Below, piece after piece: positions 37,424-49,125 of a stretch of 64,000 nt of DNA. Every line of letters begins with the position of its first letter. The stretch's first letter is position 1. The DNA is taken from assembly GCA_037140155.1 (NCBI GenBank), contig JBAXFA010000001.1, positions 36,724 through 100,723 on the forward strand, written 5' to 3'. Source of the stretch: Actinomycetota bacterium. Its GTDB lineage: Bacteria; Actinomycetota; Actinomycetes; Nanopelagicales; Nanopelagicaceae. A model generated the notes under the pieces. That model did not search any database and was not told the origin of the DNA. It saw only the letters and a program-made list of their open reading frames with translations. A program made the translations under genes and the position numbers.

Positions 37424-38638
37424 TTACGCCATTGCTACTTTCAGATTTTCATCAATTGAAGCAAGGAACTCTTGGGTTGTTTGATAAGGCGCGGTCTTTG
37501 AAATCAAGAGGGCGAGATCTTTCGTCATCTTCCCTTGTTCTACAGTTTCAATACAAACGCGTTCTAAAGTCGCACAGAACTTGGCGAGTTCGGGGTTGTT
37601 ATCTAATTTGGCGCGGTGAGCTAGCCCTTGTGTCCAAGCAAAGATTGAAGCAATCGGATTAGTAGAAGTTGCTTTACCGGCTTGGTGATCGCGATAGTGA
37701 CGCGTCACAGTTCCGTGAGCAGCCTCTGATTCGCAGATCTTTCCATCTGGAGTCATTAGAACTGAAGTCATCAGACCAAGTGAGCCATAACCTTGTGCGA
37801 CGGTATCGGATTGCACATCTCCATCGTAGTTTTTACAGGCCCAGACATAGCCGCCTTCCATGCGAAGTGACATGGCAACCATGTCATCGATCAAGCGGTG
37901 CTCATACCAAATTCCTGCGGCATCAAATTGGCTCTTAAATTCGGCTTGGAAAATTTCTTCAAAGATATCTTTAAAGCGACCGTCATAGGCCTTAAGAATT
38001 GTGTTCTTTGTTGACAGGTAAACTGGAAACTTGCGGAGTAACCCATAGTTAAGCGATGCGCGGGCAAAGTCGCGGATTGAGTCATCTACGTTATACATCG
38101 CCATTGCCACACCTGAAGATTCAAAGTTAAAGACTTCAGTATTAATTGGCGCAGATCCATCTTCCGGAACGAATGAGATAGTTAGCTTTCCGGGACCTGG
38201 AACCTTGAAATCAGTTGCACGGTATTGGTCACCAAATGCGTGACGACCGATAACGATTGGCTTGGTCCAGTGCGGAACCAGGCGTGGCACATTTGAAATA
38301 ATGATCGGCTCACGGAAGATGACTCCACCCAAGATATTGCGGATAGTTCCGTTAGGAGATTTCCACATCTTCTTCAGGCCAAACTCTGCAACGCGGGCTT
38401 CATCGGGAGTAATCGTTGCGCACTTAATTCCAACGCCATGCTTTTGAATAGCGCGGGCAGAATCAATGGTTACTTGATCATCTGTAGCATCACGATGTTC
38501 CATGCCTAAGTCGTAATACTCAAGGTTTACATCTAAGTAAGGAAGGATGAGCGAGTCCTTGATGAACTGCCAAATAATGCGGGTCATCTCATCGCCATCT
38601 AGTTCAACAACAGTGCCCGTTACCTTGATCTTATTCAT
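37424..38638 (-). CDS. icd: NADP-dependent isocitrate dehydrogenase (about 400-aa eukaryote-like subfamily)
   Basis: 404 aa. [20 protein letters not shown] start and [11 protein letters not shown] motif. Confidence 0.92.
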   Translation of the reverse strand: MNKIKVTGTVVELDGDEMTRIIWQFIKDSLILPYLDVNLEYYDLGMEHRDATDDQVTIDSARAIQKHGVGIKCATITPDEARVAEFGLKKMWKSPNGTIRNILGGVIFREPIIISNVPRLVPHWTKPIVIGRHAFGDQYRATDFKVPGPGKLTISFVPEDGSAPINTEVFNFESSGVAMAMYNVDDSIRDFARASLNYGLLRKFPVYLSTKNTILKAYDGRFKDIFEEIFQAEFKSQFDAAGIWYEHRLIDDMVAMSLRMEGGYVWACKNYDGDVQSDTVAQGYGSLGLMTSVLMTPDGKICESEAAHGTVTRHYRDHQAGKATSTNPIASIFAWTQGLAHRAKLDNNPELAKFCATLERVCIETVEQGKMTKDLALLISKTAPYQTTQEFLASIDENLKVAMA

Positions 38639-38689
38639 ATCTGCTTCCTTTGATCCAATCGCTCTTCTTAGATTTAAATGCTTGAATTT

Positions 38690-39640
38690 TTAAAGTGTTT
38701 GTACATCTGCTTGCTTAGCGCGAACTGCTTCTGCCGCCTCTTTCAAGCCCGCAAGTTCTGAATCAGTTAACTTGGTTTCAACGACTTTCTTTACGCCGCT
38801 ACGACCGATCTCGGCTTCAACGCCGAGATATACGCCAGAAATTCCGTATTCGCCATCAACCCAAGCACAGACTGGCATCACGGCGCCGGAATCTTCGATA
38901 ACAGCCTTTGCCATGCGAGCAGCGGCTGCAGATGGTGCGTAGTAAGCAGAACCAGTTTTAAGTAGCGCAACTACTTCAGCGCCGCCATTGCGAGTGCGAT
39001 CTACAAGATCTGCAATCTCCTCGCTTGAAAGTAGATCAGCAAGTGGTTTGCCATCTACTGTGCAGCGACTTGGAACAGGGACCATGGTGTCGCCATGTGA
39101 GCCAAGAGTTAGCGTTTTTACAGATGAGACCTTTACGCCAAGCTTTTCGGCAACGAAGTTAGTGAAACGAGCGGTATCTAACATACCTGCCTGGCCGATT
39201 ACACGATTCTTGGGAAAATTAGTTGCTAATTGAGTTAGCGCGGTCATTTCATCTAGTGGATTTGAAACTACGATGATTACTGCATTAGGAGAGTGCTTTG
39301 CGATATTTTCTGCAACGCCACGAACGATGCCGGCGTTTACGCCAATTAGATCCATACGGCTCATACCTGGTTTGCGCGGTAAGCCGGCTGTGATTACTAC
39401 GACGTCAGAGTTTGCAGTTGCTTCGTATCCTGCGCCATCGGCAGTAGTAGTTGCGCCAATAATCTTGGTTTCAAATCCTTCGATGGAACGAGATTGGTTC
39501 ATATCAAGAGCTAAACCTTCGGGCTTGCCTTCGAGAATATCTGTGAGAACAACTGTGTCGAAGATGTTGTATTCGGCTAAACGAAGTGCGGTAGTTGATC
39601 CATAAAATCCTGCACCGACAACAGTTACTTTCTTAGACAT
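38690..39640 (-). CDS. mdh: malate dehydrogenase (LDH-like family)
   Basis: VTVVGAGFYGSTTA Rossmann motif, ITAGLPRKPGMSR substrate loop, and catalytic GSHGDTMVP. Confidence 0.9.
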   Translation of the reverse strand: MSKKVTVVGAGFYGSTTALRLAEYNIFDTVVLTDILEGKPEGLALDMNQSRSIEGFETKIIGATTTADGAGYEATANSDVVVITAGLPRKPGMSRMDLIGVNAGIVRGVAENIAKHSPNAVIIVVSNPLDEMTALTQLATNFPKNRVIGQAGMLDTARFTNFVAEKLGVKVSSVKTLTLGSHGDTMVPVPSRCTVDGKPLADLLSSEEIADLVDRTRNGGAEVVALLKTGSAYYAPSAAAARMAKAVIEDSGAVMPVCAWVDGEYGISGVYLGVEAEIGRSGVKKVVETKLTDSELAGLKEAAEAVRAKQADVQTL

Positions 39641-39653
39641 GGCAAACTCTTTC

Positions 39654-39667
39654 TCTTGACGTCAAGA
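39654..39667. promoter_or_regulatory. perfect 14-bp palindrome upstream of mdh
   Basis: TCTTGACGTCAAGA, 14-27 nt upstream of the mdh ATG. It has no loop, so protein binding is more plausible than a hairpin. Confidence 0.3.
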
Positions 39668-39673
39668 TAAACT

Positions 39674-39910
39674 CTACAACCCGTTCGGAAGTGAGATTGC
39701 CACGGCAAGCAGGGCAAGGGCAATTGCCAGCGCTAAATAACGCTCAACTCTGCCGCTCTTTCCCGCCTGCCAATATGCGATGGTGATCACACCCATACCG
39801 ATGGCGATCGCTATCGACCCCAAGCGAACAAATGAAAATACTCCGGCGATAAAGCCCGCCGCAATTGCTAAATAGGCCAGGCGCAGGCCAAGTGAACTTA
39901 CCTTTCGCAA
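39674..39910 (-). CDS. DUF3017-like small membrane protein
   Basis: 78 aa with two or three hydrophobic helices, in the conserved position downstream of folD in Actinobacteria. Confidence 0.6.
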   Translation of the reverse strand: MRKVSSLGLRLAYLAIAAGFIAGVFSFVRLGSIAIAIGMGVITIAYWQAGKSGRVERYLALAIALALLAVAISLPNGL

Positions 39911-40740
39911 GCTTCAACCACATTTGTTAATAACATCGCCCGTGTCATCGGACCTACACCGCCAGGCATTGGCGCAACAAAGGAGGCAACTTCCATAACC
40001 GCCGGATCGACATCACCGAGTAATCCGGCGCTAGTTCGTGAGATGCCAACATCGATAACTGTTGCACCTTTTCGAACTAGGTCTGCCTTAAGGAAATGTG
40101 CACTACCTATGGCTGCGATGACGATGTCAGCACGTTTGGTATGTGCGGCTAAATCTTTTGTTCCAGTGTGGGTCAAAGTAACCGTGGCATTTTCTTGCTT
40201 GCGAGAGAGCAATAAGCCAAGTGGTCGACCAACGGTTATTCCGCGCCCAATTACAACAACGTCCGCACCAGCTAATGGAATTTTATATTGGTTAATTAGC
40301 TCAACTATTGCACGTGGCGTACAAGGAAGTGGCGCAGCATAACCTGCGACCAAGCGACCTAAGTTAATGGGATGCAACCCATCTGCATCTTTGGCAGGAT
40401 CAATTGCTTCTAAAACTGTCTGTGTATTTATTCCACTTGGTAGCGGTAGTTGCACGATATAACCGGTGCACTCTTTCGCAGAATTCAAATCTTTGATTGC
40501 GGCCAAAATATCAGCTTGGGTTGCGCTAGCTTTTAGATCAACGCGAATGGAGTTAATGCCAACTTGCTGGCAATCGCGATGTTTACCTGCGACATAAGAA
40601 ATAGATCCGGGATCATCACCAACTAAGACGGTTCCGAGTCCTGGTGTTACTCCCGAACTCTTTAAATGGTTAACACGAGCGGCTAGGTTCTCTTTGACTT
40701 TGGCTGCTAGTGCTTTGCCATCGAGAATCGTTGCGCTCAT
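39898..40740 (-). CDS. folD: bifunctional methylenetetrahydrofolate dehydrogenase/methenyltetrahydrofolate cyclohydrolase
   Basis: ILDGKALA start, YVAGKHRDC and PGGVGPMT motifs. Confidence 0.93.
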   Translation of the reverse strand: MSATILDGKALAAKVKENLAARVNHLKSSGVTPGLGTVLVGDDPGSISYVAGKHRDCQQVGINSIRVDLKASATQADILAAIKDLNSAKECTGYIVQLPLPSGINTQTVLEAIDPAKDADGLHPINLGRLVAGYAAPLPCTPRAIVELINQYKIPLAGADVVVIGRGITVGRPLGLLLSRKQENATVTLTHTGTKDLAAHTKRADIVIAAIGSAHFLKADLVRKGATVIDVGISRTSAGLLGDVDPAVMEVASFVAPMPGGVGPMTRAMLLTNVVEACER

Positions 40741-40778
40741 GAGTGGGATCCTATTAGACGGGCTGTGCGGTTGCGAAG

Positions 40779-42323
40779 TTAAGCATGCGAGAAATGCCTG
40801 GTACCCGTGAAGAACATAGCTATTCCTGCAGCTTTTGCAGCTTCAATTACTTCCTCATCACGCACACTGCCACCAGGTTGCACTACTGCTGTAACACCGC
40901 CATCAGCCAAGATCTGTAACCCATCGGCAAATGGGAAGAAGGCATCGCTTGCTGCAACGCTTCCTTTAGCACGATCGCCAGCACGATCTATGGAAAGTTT
41001 TGCAGAGTCAACGCGATTTACCTGACCCATACCAATACCAACTGCAGCACCGTTCTTAGCCAACAAAATTGCGTTGCTTTTGACTGCGCGAACTGCCCGC
41101 CAGGCAAATTGTAGATCTGCTAAAACCTCGCTGGAAACTTTATCTCCAGTAACTTGTTGCCAATTAGCGCAATCATCTCCGGGCGCATCTATCTTGTCGG
41201 TATTTTGCACAAGTACACCACCTGATACCGGCCGTATTTCTAGAGGTGAAATTGCAGTATTAGGACAAGTCAAGATACGTATCGAAGGCTTCTTCTTCAA
41301 GATATCTAGCGCTGCGCTTTCATACTCTGGCGCAATTATTACTTCAGTAAATACTTGTGAAAGTGCTTCTGCCATAGCAACGGTAACTTTGCGATTTGCG
41401 GCAACGACTCCCCCAAAGGCAGATACTGGATCGCAGGCATGCGCTGCGGCATATGCCGCAGCGATATCTGAACCTATTGCGATGCCGCATGGGTTGGCAT
41501 GTTTGATGATCGCAACGCAAGGTTGCGAATGATCCAGCGCGGCACGCCAAGCAGCATCGGCATCGGTGTAATTATTAAATGACATCTCTTTGCCATGGCT
41601 CTGTATCGCGTTAACAATTCCGGGAGGGCCACCACGATAGATGGACGCGCTCTGATGAGGATTTTCACCGTAACGAAGCGAACTCGCGCGCTTCCAAATT
41701 AGACCGAACCAATCTGGAATATCCATACTGATTTGAGTACCGAGCCAACTTGCGATCATCAGATCGTATTCAGCAGTGGTGCGGAAAACTTCTAGCGCAA
41801 AACGTCTACGTTCCGCAAAGGTTGTTCCACCAGCCGCAATTGCTGCAAATAGCTGGTCATATTGCGCAGGGCTAGCAATTACTGTCACAGATCCATGGTT
41901 CTTTGCCGCACCGCGCAACATCGAGGGGCCACCGATATCTATCTGCTCGATACATTCGGCATAAGCCGCACCTGACATGATCGTTTCTAGAAACGGATAG
42001 AGATTTATAACTACTAAATCAAAGGGTGCGATATCTAAATCTGCAATTGCCTTTAAATGTTCTGGATTATCTTGATCTGCCAATATTCCAGAGTGAATTT
42101 TGGGATGCAGCGTCTTTACGCGCCCGCCCATAATTTCTGGAAAACCGGTGTACTCACTCACTTCGGTAACGGCTATTCCGGCGCCTTGCAGAGTTTTAGC
42201 AGTTGAGCCAGTTGAAATTATTTCTATTCCAGCTTTGGCTAATACCGCTCCGAGTTCGAGCAGCCGAGCTTTATCGTAAACACTAACTAGCGCCCGGCGA
42301 ATAACTTTGCGATCTGTCATCAA
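40779..42323 (-). CDS. purH: bifunctional AICAR transformylase/IMP cyclohydrolase
   Basis: 514 aa. RALVSVYDK start, [12 protein letters not shown] motif and C-terminal FTGTRHFSH. Confidence 0.93.
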   Translation of the reverse strand: MMTDRKVIRRALVSVYDKARLLELGAVLAKAGIEIISTGSTAKTLQGAGIAVTEVSEYTGFPEIMGGRVKTLHPKIHSGILADQDNPEHLKAIADLDIAPFDLVVINLYPFLETIMSGAAYAECIEQIDIGGPSMLRGAAKNHGSVTVIASPAQYDQLFAAIAAGGTTFAERRRFALEVFRTTAEYDLMIASWLGTQISMDIPDWFGLIWKRASSLRYGENPHQSASIYRGGPPGIVNAIQSHGKEMSFNNYTDADAAWRAALDHSQPCVAIIKHANPCGIAIGSDIAAAYAAAHACDPVSAFGGVVAANRKVTVAMAEALSQVFTEVIIAPEYESAALDILKKKPSIRILTCPNTAISPLEIRPVSGGVLVQNTDKIDAPGDDCANWQQVTGDKVSSEVLADLQFAWRAVRAVKSNAILLAKNGAAVGIGMGQVNRVDSAKLSIDRAGDRAKGSVAASDAFFPFADGLQILADGGVTAVVQPGGSVRDEEVIEAAKAAGIAMFFTGTRHFSHA

Positions 42324-42892
42324 GACCTCACAAGATCGGTTAGAAGGAGCTGCAGCGTCGCAACATAGAGACGTCGTTCCACAATCTTAACCCGTTCATG
42401 CAATGAATCTTCGGTATCTATAGGTGCGATTTCTATCGCCTCCTGGGCTATTACTTCACCGGTATCAACTCCGCTGTCTACCCAGTGAATGGTTGTGCCA
42501 GTTTGAGTTGCACCGGCTGCCAATGCATCACGGACAGCATGAGCGCCAGGAAATAGTGGCAAGAGCGCTGGATGGCTATTTACAATTCGAAAACGTGAAA
42601 CGGTATCGCTGGCTAAAATTCTCATAAATCCGGCGCTAACTACTAAATCTGGCTGCAACGATTCCAATTTTTTAAATACTTCTTCATCCCATAACTTGCG
42701 ATCAGACTTCATCGGTATTAAAAAGCTCTGGATATTGCACTCTTGTGCGCGAGTTAATACCTGCGCTCCCGGCTTATCGCAGATCAAACCAACGATATCG
42801 GCGGCAAGTACGCCGCTAGAGGCTGCATCAAAAATAGATTGGGCGATAGATCCGTTGCCCGATGCCAGTACGACTAAGCGAGCCTTTCTCAT
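42320..42892 (-). CDS. purN: phosphoribosylglycinamide formyltransferase
   Basis: LASGNGS and NSHPALLP motifs. 4-nt overlap with purH. Confidence 0.9.
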   Translation of the reverse strand: MRKARLVVLASGNGSIAQSIFDAASSGVLAADIVGLICDKPGAQVLTRAQECNIQSFLIPMKSDRKLWDEEVFKKLESLQPDLVVSAGFMRILASDTVSRFRIVNSHPALLPLFPGAHAVRDALAAGATQTGTTIHWVDSGVDTGEVIAQEAIEIAPIDTEDSLHERVKIVERRLYVATLQLLLTDLVRS

Positions 42893-43965
42893 GAACGAGA
42901 TGGCAATTTGATTTGTGGAATAAAGACCATTGCAGCAATGCCGATTCCGAGTTCAATAGTTAAGGAGAGAGCCAATTTCCATATTGAGACGCCGACGGCT
43001 CTCATCGCATCGGTCATCAGCGAACCACTGGCCAAGTAGGCAATAAACGAAATTGATATAGCAATCAGAATTAAAGCTTGCACCAGCGCTTGCGTACTGG
43101 AAGATAGCGCCCATGCAGCCAGTAGTGCACCTAGCGCGATAACGAGTGCAATAGCGATCAGAGCCCACTTAGACGATGAAGTCGGCAGTACCGCCAAAAT
43201 TGGCAGAGCTGGAATTTCTCCGAGACGATGAGTAAATGGTGAAACTAAAGTTCCGGTACCAACTGCAAAACCAGTACCTGTGAAATAGGCGAGAGTAGAT
43301 ACTGCAAGATTTGGCAAGTAAAAAAGATTTAGCGCAAATAACAATATGCTTCCAAAGAAGCCAGGTTGCAGAACTATTGAGATGTTTTTAAAGGTTGAGA
43401 TATTCGTGAAGATGGAAATTCCTAAGAAGATAAATGAAGCGCCTAGCAGAATCGCCAATACCCGCGAGGCATAGCTGACCGCCTGTGACATCCGCAAGCG
43501 AGATCCGGCGGTAAGCGATGCTAAATAGGCGATTACAAATCCAAAGACTGGTGCCAAATACCATTGTGAATTAACACTTGGAGACTTGCTGGCAACTGCG
43601 AGAAGAGTTGCAACGATTGCATATTGCGATGCAAAAATTGAGCGAACACTTGCAATGTTGTGAAAATCGCCATGTAATTTAGATAGAGCTCGACCAAAGC
43701 CACTGCGCAGTGCAAAAAATGGTAGCAACATTGCACCGATAGGTAGGTATGACAGATATCCAGTTGCCGTTCCATTTAAAAAGAATGGAATGTGATGAGC
43801 GCCGAGCCATAACCAGATCGCAGCACGCATCGGATCTGAGGTGTTTCCAGTTGCGCTACCAGCAGTTGCCCAAGCAATTAGCGAGATAAAGGCAAGTGGT
43901 AGTAAGAGGACTGCAACGGTGCGCAAGATTTGTGCAAACGAGACCGCTAGGACACGTTGCAACAT
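42889..43965 (-). CDS. polytopic membrane protein, DUF6350/PerM-like
   Basis: 358 aa with about 10 TM helices. Its position between sucD and purN matches the mycobacterial PerM locus. Confidence 0.6.
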   Translation of the reverse strand: MLQRVLAVSFAQILRTVAVLLLPLAFISLIAWATAGSATGNTSDPMRAAIWLWLGAHHIPFFLNGTATGYLSYLPIGAMLLPFFALRSGFGRALSKLHGDFHNIASVRSIFASQYAIVATLLAVASKSPSVNSQWYLAPVFGFVIAYLASLTAGSRLRMSQAVSYASRVLAILLGASFIFLGISIFTNISTFKNISIVLQPGFFGSILLFALNLFYLPNLAVSTLAYFTGTGFAVGTGTLVSPFTHRLGEIPALPILAVLPTSSSKWALIAIALVIALGALLAAWALSSSTQALVQALILIAISISFIAYLASGSLMTDAMRAVGVSIWKLALSLTIELGIGIAAMVFIPQIKLPSRS

Positions 43966-43973
43966 GGTCTTAC

Positions 43974-44855
43974 TTAGCGGCCGAGTATGGCGCGCATTAA
44001 GCGCGCTGTTTCACTTGGAGTTTGTCCGACCTTTACGCCAGCTGCTTCGAGCGCATCTCTCTTAGCCTGCGCAGTACCTGATGAACCAGAAACAATCGCA
44101 CCTGCGTGTCCCATCGTCTTTCCTTCAGGTGCAGTAAATCCTGCAACATAACCGACAACTGGTTTGGTTACATATTCGGCGATAAAGGCTGCGGCGCGTT
44201 CTTCTGCATCGCCACCGATTTCACCGATCATAACGATCGCAGTTGTATCAGGATCATCTTGGAAGGCTTTTAAGCAATCGATATGAGTTGTGCCGATTAC
44301 CGGATCGCCACCAATGCCAACTGCAGTTGAGAATCCGATATCGCGAAGTTCATACATCATCTGATAGGTAAGGGTTCCAGATTTTGAAACTAAACCAATT
44401 GGTCCGCGCTTTGTAATGTCGGCGGGAATGATTCCCACATTTGATTGATCTGGACTAATCAAACCTGGACAGTTAGGTCCGATAATTTGGGTTGTTCCCT
44501 TTTGCACAGAATAGGCATAGAAGTAAGCCGAGTCATGAACCGGAATTCCTTCAGTGATAACAACGACTAATGGCATCTTCGCATCGATCGCATCGATGAC
44601 CGCAGCCTTGGCAAATTTAGGTGGCACAAAGACAACTGAAACATTGGCGCTCGTTGCCGCAATTGCTTCGGCTACGGTGTTGAACACTGGTAGCTGATGG
44701 CCATCGATATCTACGGTCTGTCCACCTTTACCAGGTGTTACGCCACCGACAACTTTGGTACCTGATGCCAACATGCGACGGGTGTGTTTGGTTCCTTCAG
44801 AACCAGTCATGCCTTGCACAATTACTTTGCTATTTGAGTTAATAAAGATCGACAT
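43974..44855 (-). CDS. sucD: succinate--CoA ligase alpha subunit
   Basis: [11 protein letters not shown] motif and the catalytic-His segment MGHAGAIV. Confidence 0.94.
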   Translation of the reverse strand: MSIFINSNSKVIVQGMTGSEGTKHTRRMLASGTKVVGGVTPGKGGQTVDIDGHQLPVFNTVAEAIAATSANVSVVFVPPKFAKAAVIDAIDAKMPLVVVITEGIPVHDSAYFYAYSVQKGTTQIIGPNCPGLISPDQSNVGIIPADITKRGPIGLVSKSGTLTYQMMYELRDIGFSTAVGIGGDPVIGTTHIDCLKAFQDDPDTTAIVMIGEIGGDAEERAAAFIAEYVTKPVVGYVAGFTAPEGKTMGHAGAIVSGSSGTAQAKRDALEAAGVKVGQTPSETARLMRAILGR

Positions 44856-46021
44856 TACTTTGCCGCCAATTCTGCAGCGCGGGAAGCTGCTCCATCCATA
44901 GTTTCGGCTTGCTCAACCAACGGGTGGTTTGCTGCGGTAAGAATTGCGCGACCTTCAAGCACGTTATTGCCATCTAAGCGCACAACAATTGGCTTAGTAG
45001 CCTTTGCGCCAAGTAGTTCAAGGGCTTGCACAATGCCGTTGGCAACAGCATCGCAAGCGGTAATTCCACCAAAGACATTTACAAATACGCTCTTCACATC
45101 TGGGTCGCCCAAGATAATAGAAAGGCCATCGGCCATAACTTGGGCAGATGCTCCGCCACCAATATCTAGGAAGTTCGCCGGACGCATTCCGCCAAATTTT
45201 TCCCCGGCGTATGCAACAACATCGAGAGTAGACATCACAAGCCCTGCGCCGTTGCCGATGATTCCGACTTGGCCATTTTCGAGCTTTACGTAATTTAAGC
45301 CCTTCTCTTTTGCGGCGGCCTCTAAAGCATTTGCTGCGGCATGATCTACAAGGGCGGCATGTCCAGGTTGGCGAAATTCAGCGTTCTCATCAAGAGTTAC
45401 TTTTCCATCAAGGGCGATGATGCGACCATCTTCAGTTTTAACAAGGGGGTTTACTTCAACCAGAGTTGCATCCTCAGATTGGAAAGTCTCCCAAAGTTTT
45501 ACAAGTACATCAGCGACTTGATCGGCAATATCTGCTGGAAACTTTGCTTGCGCAATAATCTCTTTCGCTTTAGCAGAAGAGATTCCATCTACTGCAGTTA
45601 CGGGAACCTTGGCTAATTTTTCAGGTGCGGTGCGTGCTACTTCTTCAATATCCATACCGCCGGCAACTGAGGCCATAACCAAGAAGGTGCGATTTGAGCG
45701 ATCTAATAAAATCGAAATGTAATATTCATCAACGATCGGTGCTGCTTGGGCGATCATTACTTGATGAACTGTGTGGCCTTTTATATCCATACCAAGAATC
45801 GCGCCGGCTTTTTCCTTTGCATCATTTGCATCAACGGCTAACTTCACACCGCCAGCTTTTCCACGTCCGCCAACTTTTACTTGGGCTTTAACAACTACTT
45901 TTCCACCCATTTTGCTAGCTGCCTGAAAGGCTTCTTCATCTGTGGTCGCCACAGCACCAGCTAAAACAGGTACGCCATGTTTTTCAAAGAGGTCACGTGC
46001 TTGGTATTCAAAGAGATCCAC
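44855..46021 (-). CDS. sucC: succinate--CoA ligase beta subunit
   Basis: GTG start, (M)[11 protein letters not shown], and an ATP-grasp domain. The stop overlaps the sucD start by 1 nt. Confidence 0.94.
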   Translation of the reverse strand: MDLFEYQARDLFEKHGVPVLAGAVATTDEEAFQAASKMGGKVVVKAQVKVGGRGKAGGVKLAVDANDAKEKAGAILGMDIKGHTVHQVMIAQAAPIVDEYYISILLDRSNRTFLVMASVAGGMDIEEVARTAPEKLAKVPVTAVDGISSAKAKEIIAQAKFPADIADQVADVLVKLWETFQSEDATLVEVNPLVKTEDGRIIALDGKVTLDENAEFRQPGHAALVDHAAANALEAAAKEKGLNYVKLENGQVGIIGNGAGLVMSTLDVVAYAGEKFGGMRPANFLDIGGGASAQVMADGLSIILGDPDVKSVFVNVFGGITACDAVANGIVQALELLGAKATKPIVVRLDGNNVLEGRAILTAANHPLVEQAETMDGAASRAAELAAK

Positions 46022-46098
46022 TTAATTATTACCGTTTCGACGATTACTAGCTCTTCTTTGCGCTAGCGGATAGGGGTAATCCTAATCGCAAGAGCGGG

Positions 46099-48345
46099 TT
46101 ACAGAACCACCACAGGCGCATAACGCAGTAGTAAACGCTTATCTCCATATTGGCCAAAGTTGATGGTGGCCTCAGATTTATCGCCTTCTCCTGCAAGAGC
46201 TACAACCGTGCCGAGCCCGAATGTGTCATGTGACACACGCTGGCCGACTGTAAGAACCATCGCTGAAGAAGTCTTTCCGGTTGCGCGCGGTGGCGCAGTT
46301 GTTGCAACTCGTGATCTGCGAATTCCTGAGCTGCCAGATGAAGATTTAGAACGAGTCTCATTCTTCCATTCAATTAGCTCGGATGGAATCTCATCTAAGA
46401 AACGTGAACCGGGATTGTATTTAGGAGTTCCAAAAGTTAATCGGTATTCAGCGCGCGAGATATATAAACGCTTTTCGGCGCGGGTTAGACCGACATATGC
46501 CAAACGCCTTTCTTCTTCAATCTCTTTCGGATCATCGAGTGTGCGCGCGTGCGGGAAGATGCCATCTTCCATACCGGTTAGAAATACCGTAGGAAATTCC
46601 AGACCCTTTGCAGTATGCAGAGTCATCAAAGTAACTACTCCCCCGTGATCTTCTCCATCTGGGATTTCGTCAGCATCTGCAACAAGTGAAACTTTTTCTA
46701 GAAAACCAGCGAGTGAAATTTCTTCATCTTCACCGAGTTCTTCAAAGGGGCGTTCTTCATATTCCATGGAAGCGGAAACAAGTTCTTTTAAGTTCTCTAC
46801 ACGAACCTCATCTTGCGGATCGGTGCTCGCTTCTAGCTCGGTTAGCAATCCAGATTGTTCTAGAACTGCTTCGATAATGACTGATGGTTTGGTCTTGGCT
46901 TCAACCAACACCGCCAGTGCGGTGAGCATCGAAGTAAATTGTGCAATTGATTGAGCGGCTTTATTTGGCACAGAAGTTGCTTCCGAGACGCGAAGTAGCG
47001 CGTGCCAGAAAGATATTCCTTGGGCTTGTGAAAATATTTCTACTTCTTCTAGGGCGCGATCGCCGATGCCGCGTTTTGGAAAGTTAATAATGCGTCGTAT
47101 CGAGACTTCATCATTTGGATTGGCCAGGACTCGTAGATAAGCCAATAGATCTTTTACTTCCTTGCGCTCGTAGAAACGCAGCCCGCCAACGACTTTGTAG
47201 GGAATGGCAGCGCGCATAAAGATTTCTTCGAAGATACGGGACTGTGCATTTGTGCGATAAAAGACTGCGGTATCACCAGGATTGGAATGGCCCATATCTT
47301 GCAGGGAGCGAATTTCACCTTTTACAAATTCAGCTTCGTCATATTCTGATTCGGCAACATATCCGATTAGCGGTGCGCCCGAGCCAGCATCTGACCAGAG
47401 GTTTTTCTCTTTGCGAGATTCATTTTGGGTAATAACTGCGTTTGCAGCGTTGAGGATATTTTGAGTGGAGCGATAATTTTGTTCAAGCAGCACTGTTGCG
47501 GCGTTTGGGTAATCGACTTCAAATTGCAAGATATTACGGATCGTCGCGCCACGGAAACCGTAGATAGATTGGTCGGCATCGCCAACCACGCAGAGTTCAG
47601 CCAGTGGATAACCATCGCCTTCGGTGCCAGTTAACTCTTTCACCAACATATATTGGGCATGGTTTGTATCTTGATATTCATCGACCAAGATATGGCGAAA
47701 GCGTGACCTAAAGCGCGCTTTGGTTTCAGGAAATTGTTGCAAAACCTGAACAGTCTTCATAATCAAATCATCGAAATCTAGAGCATTTGCCTGCTGCAGC
47801 CGCTTTTCATACATTGTATAAACATCGGCGACGATAGTTTCAAATTGATTCTGGGCTGCCGATAGATACTGATAGGGGGTTTGTAGTTCGTTCTTAGCGT
47901 TTGAGATTAGCGATTGAAATTGGCGCGGTGGATAGCGCTTGGCATCTAGGTTTAACGTCTCCATTACTCGCGAAATTAACTTCTGAGAATCTGCCGAATC
48001 GTAGATACTAAAGGTGCTGCTATAGCCCAGACGTTCAATCTCTTGGCGCAGTAAACGAACACACGCAGAGTGAAAAGTTGAGACCCACATAGATTTTGCA
48101 ACCGGTCCAACTAGATCTGTGACGCGATCTTTCATTTCCCCGGCTGCTTTATTGGTAAATGTGATCGCCAAAATTTCATATGGGCGCACGCCACGAGCGG
48201 CCATTAAATAAGAGATACGGCGCGTTAAAACGCGTGTTTTGCCAGATCCAGCACCGGCAACGACTAATAAAGGTGCGCCTTGGTGGATGACAGCTTTCTG
48301 CTGCTGCGGATTAAGTCCGGCCAGCAGTGAATCTGTATCAACCAT
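46099..48345 (-). CDS. pcrA: ATP-dependent DNA helicase PcrA/UvrD family
   Basis: GAGSGKT Walker A, DEYQDTN, and C-terminal helicase motifs. The track start is 48375. I prefer the ATG at 48345 (MVDTDSLLAGLNPQQ), which has TAGACT 7 nt upstream. Confidence 0.9.
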   Translation of the reverse strand: MVDTDSLLAGLNPQQQKAVIHQGAPLLVVAGAGSGKTRVLTRRISYLMAARGVRPYEILAITFTNKAAGEMKDRVTDLVGPVAKSMWVSTFHSACVRLLRQEIERLGYSSTFSIYDSADSQKLISRVMETLNLDAKRYPPRQFQSLISNAKNELQTPYQYLSAAQNQFETIVADVYTMYEKRLQQANALDFDDLIMKTVQVLQQFPETKARFRSRFRHILVDEYQDTNHAQYMLVKELTGTEGDGYPLAELCVVGDADQSIYGFRGATIRNILQFEVDYPNAATVLLEQNYRSTQNILNAANAVITQNESRKEKNLWSDAGSGAPLIGYVAESEYDEAEFVKGEIRSLQDMGHSNPGDTAVFYRTNAQSRIFEEIFMRAAIPYKVVGGLRFYERKEVKDLLAYLRVLANPNDEVSIRRIINFPKRGIGDRALEEVEIFSQAQGISFWHALLRVSEATSVPNKAAQSIAQFTSMLTALAVLVEAKTKPSVIIEAVLEQSGLLTELEASTDPQDEVRVENLKELVSASMEYEERPFEELGEDEEISLAGFLEKVSLVADADEIPDGEDHGGVVTLMTLHTAKGLEFPTVFLTGMEDGIFPHARTLDDPKEIEEERRLAYVGLTRAEKRLYISRAEYRLTFGTPKYNPGSRFLDEIPSELIEWKNETRSKSSSGSSGIRRSRVATTAPPRATGKTSSAMVLTVGQRVSHDTFGLGTVVALAGEGDKSEATINFGQYGDKRLLLRYAPVVVL

Positions 48346-48373
48346 GGCGCGGAGTCTATTAGGCTTGACTGTC

Positions 48374-49099
48374 ATGGAGCCGCTACCAAATTCTGAAATT
48401 AAACGTGTACTCGTAATTAACGCCCACCCCGATGACTCAGACTTTGGCGCATCCGGAACTATCGCCCAATGGGTTAAATCTGGAATTGAAGTCGCCTACG
48501 TCTTCTGCACCAATGGCGATCAAGGCGGGGAAGAGTCAGGCTTCACTAAAGAAGAAATGCCCGCAATCCGCCAGCGCGAACAACGCGCCGCTGGCGCTGC
48601 AATCGGCGTAACCGATATTACATTTTTAAATTATGTTGATGGCCATCTCGAAGCAACTCTTGGTTTGCGCAAGGATCTAGTTCGCCAAATTCGTATTAGC
48701 AAACCAGACCGCATGGTCTGCCAATCACCAGAACGTAACTGGGATCGCATCGGTGCCAGCCACCCCGATCACTTAGCAGCAGGAGAAGCAGCGATCCAAG
48801 CGGTCTACCCTGATGCACGAAATCCATTTGCCTTTACCGATTTATTAAAAGATGAAGGTCTAGAACCGCATCGCGTTAAAGAAGTTTGGGTAATGGGCTT
48901 TGCCAATCCCGATCACTGGGTAGATATCACCGATACCTTTGATTTAAAGATGAAGGCGCTTCACGCACACGCATCACAAACAGCACATAATAAAGAGTTG
49001 GAAAATATGGTTCGCGAGTGGGGTCAGCGCAACGCTGGCGTTGCAGGTTTCCCAGAAGGTCGAATCGCCGAAGCTTTTAAGATCGTTAATACCAATTAG
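48374..49099 (+). CDS. PIG-L/LmbE family deacetylase
   Basis: VLVINAHPDDSDFG zinc-deacetylase motif. Start trimmed to the ATG at 48374, which has TAGGCT 8 nt upstream. The track extension lies antisense inside pcrA. Confidence 0.8.
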   Translation: MEPLPNSEIKRVLVINAHPDDSDFGASGTIAQWVKSGIEVAYVFCTNGDQGGEESGFTKEEMPAIRQREQRAAGAAIGVTDITFLNYVDGHLEATLGLRKDLVRQIRISKPDRMVCQSPERNWDRIGASHPDHLAAGEAAIQAVYPDARNPFAFTDLLKDEGLEPHRVKEVWVMGFANPDHWVDITDTFDLKMKALHAHASQTAHNKELENMVREWGQRNAGVAGFPEGRIAEAFKIVNTN

Positions 49100-49125
49100 T
49101 TAATACCAATTAACTGTAACTTTTT

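Noticed and set aside
46022-46098. Possible terminator between pcrA and sucC (CTAGC...GCTAG).
   Set aside because: The stem is only 5 bp with a 10-nt loop and no U-tract. This is too weak to call.
48239-48373. N-terminal extensions in the longest-ORF track for PIG-L (48239), deoC (18701), groES (57120), the PPIase (49827), tsaB (59132), the SpoIID protein (5217) and the sigma-like HTH (1998).
   Set aside because: The extensions run into or through neighbouring genes and encode non-homologous sequence. Internal starts restore typical N-termini, signal peptides, SDs or 4-nt stop/start couplings.
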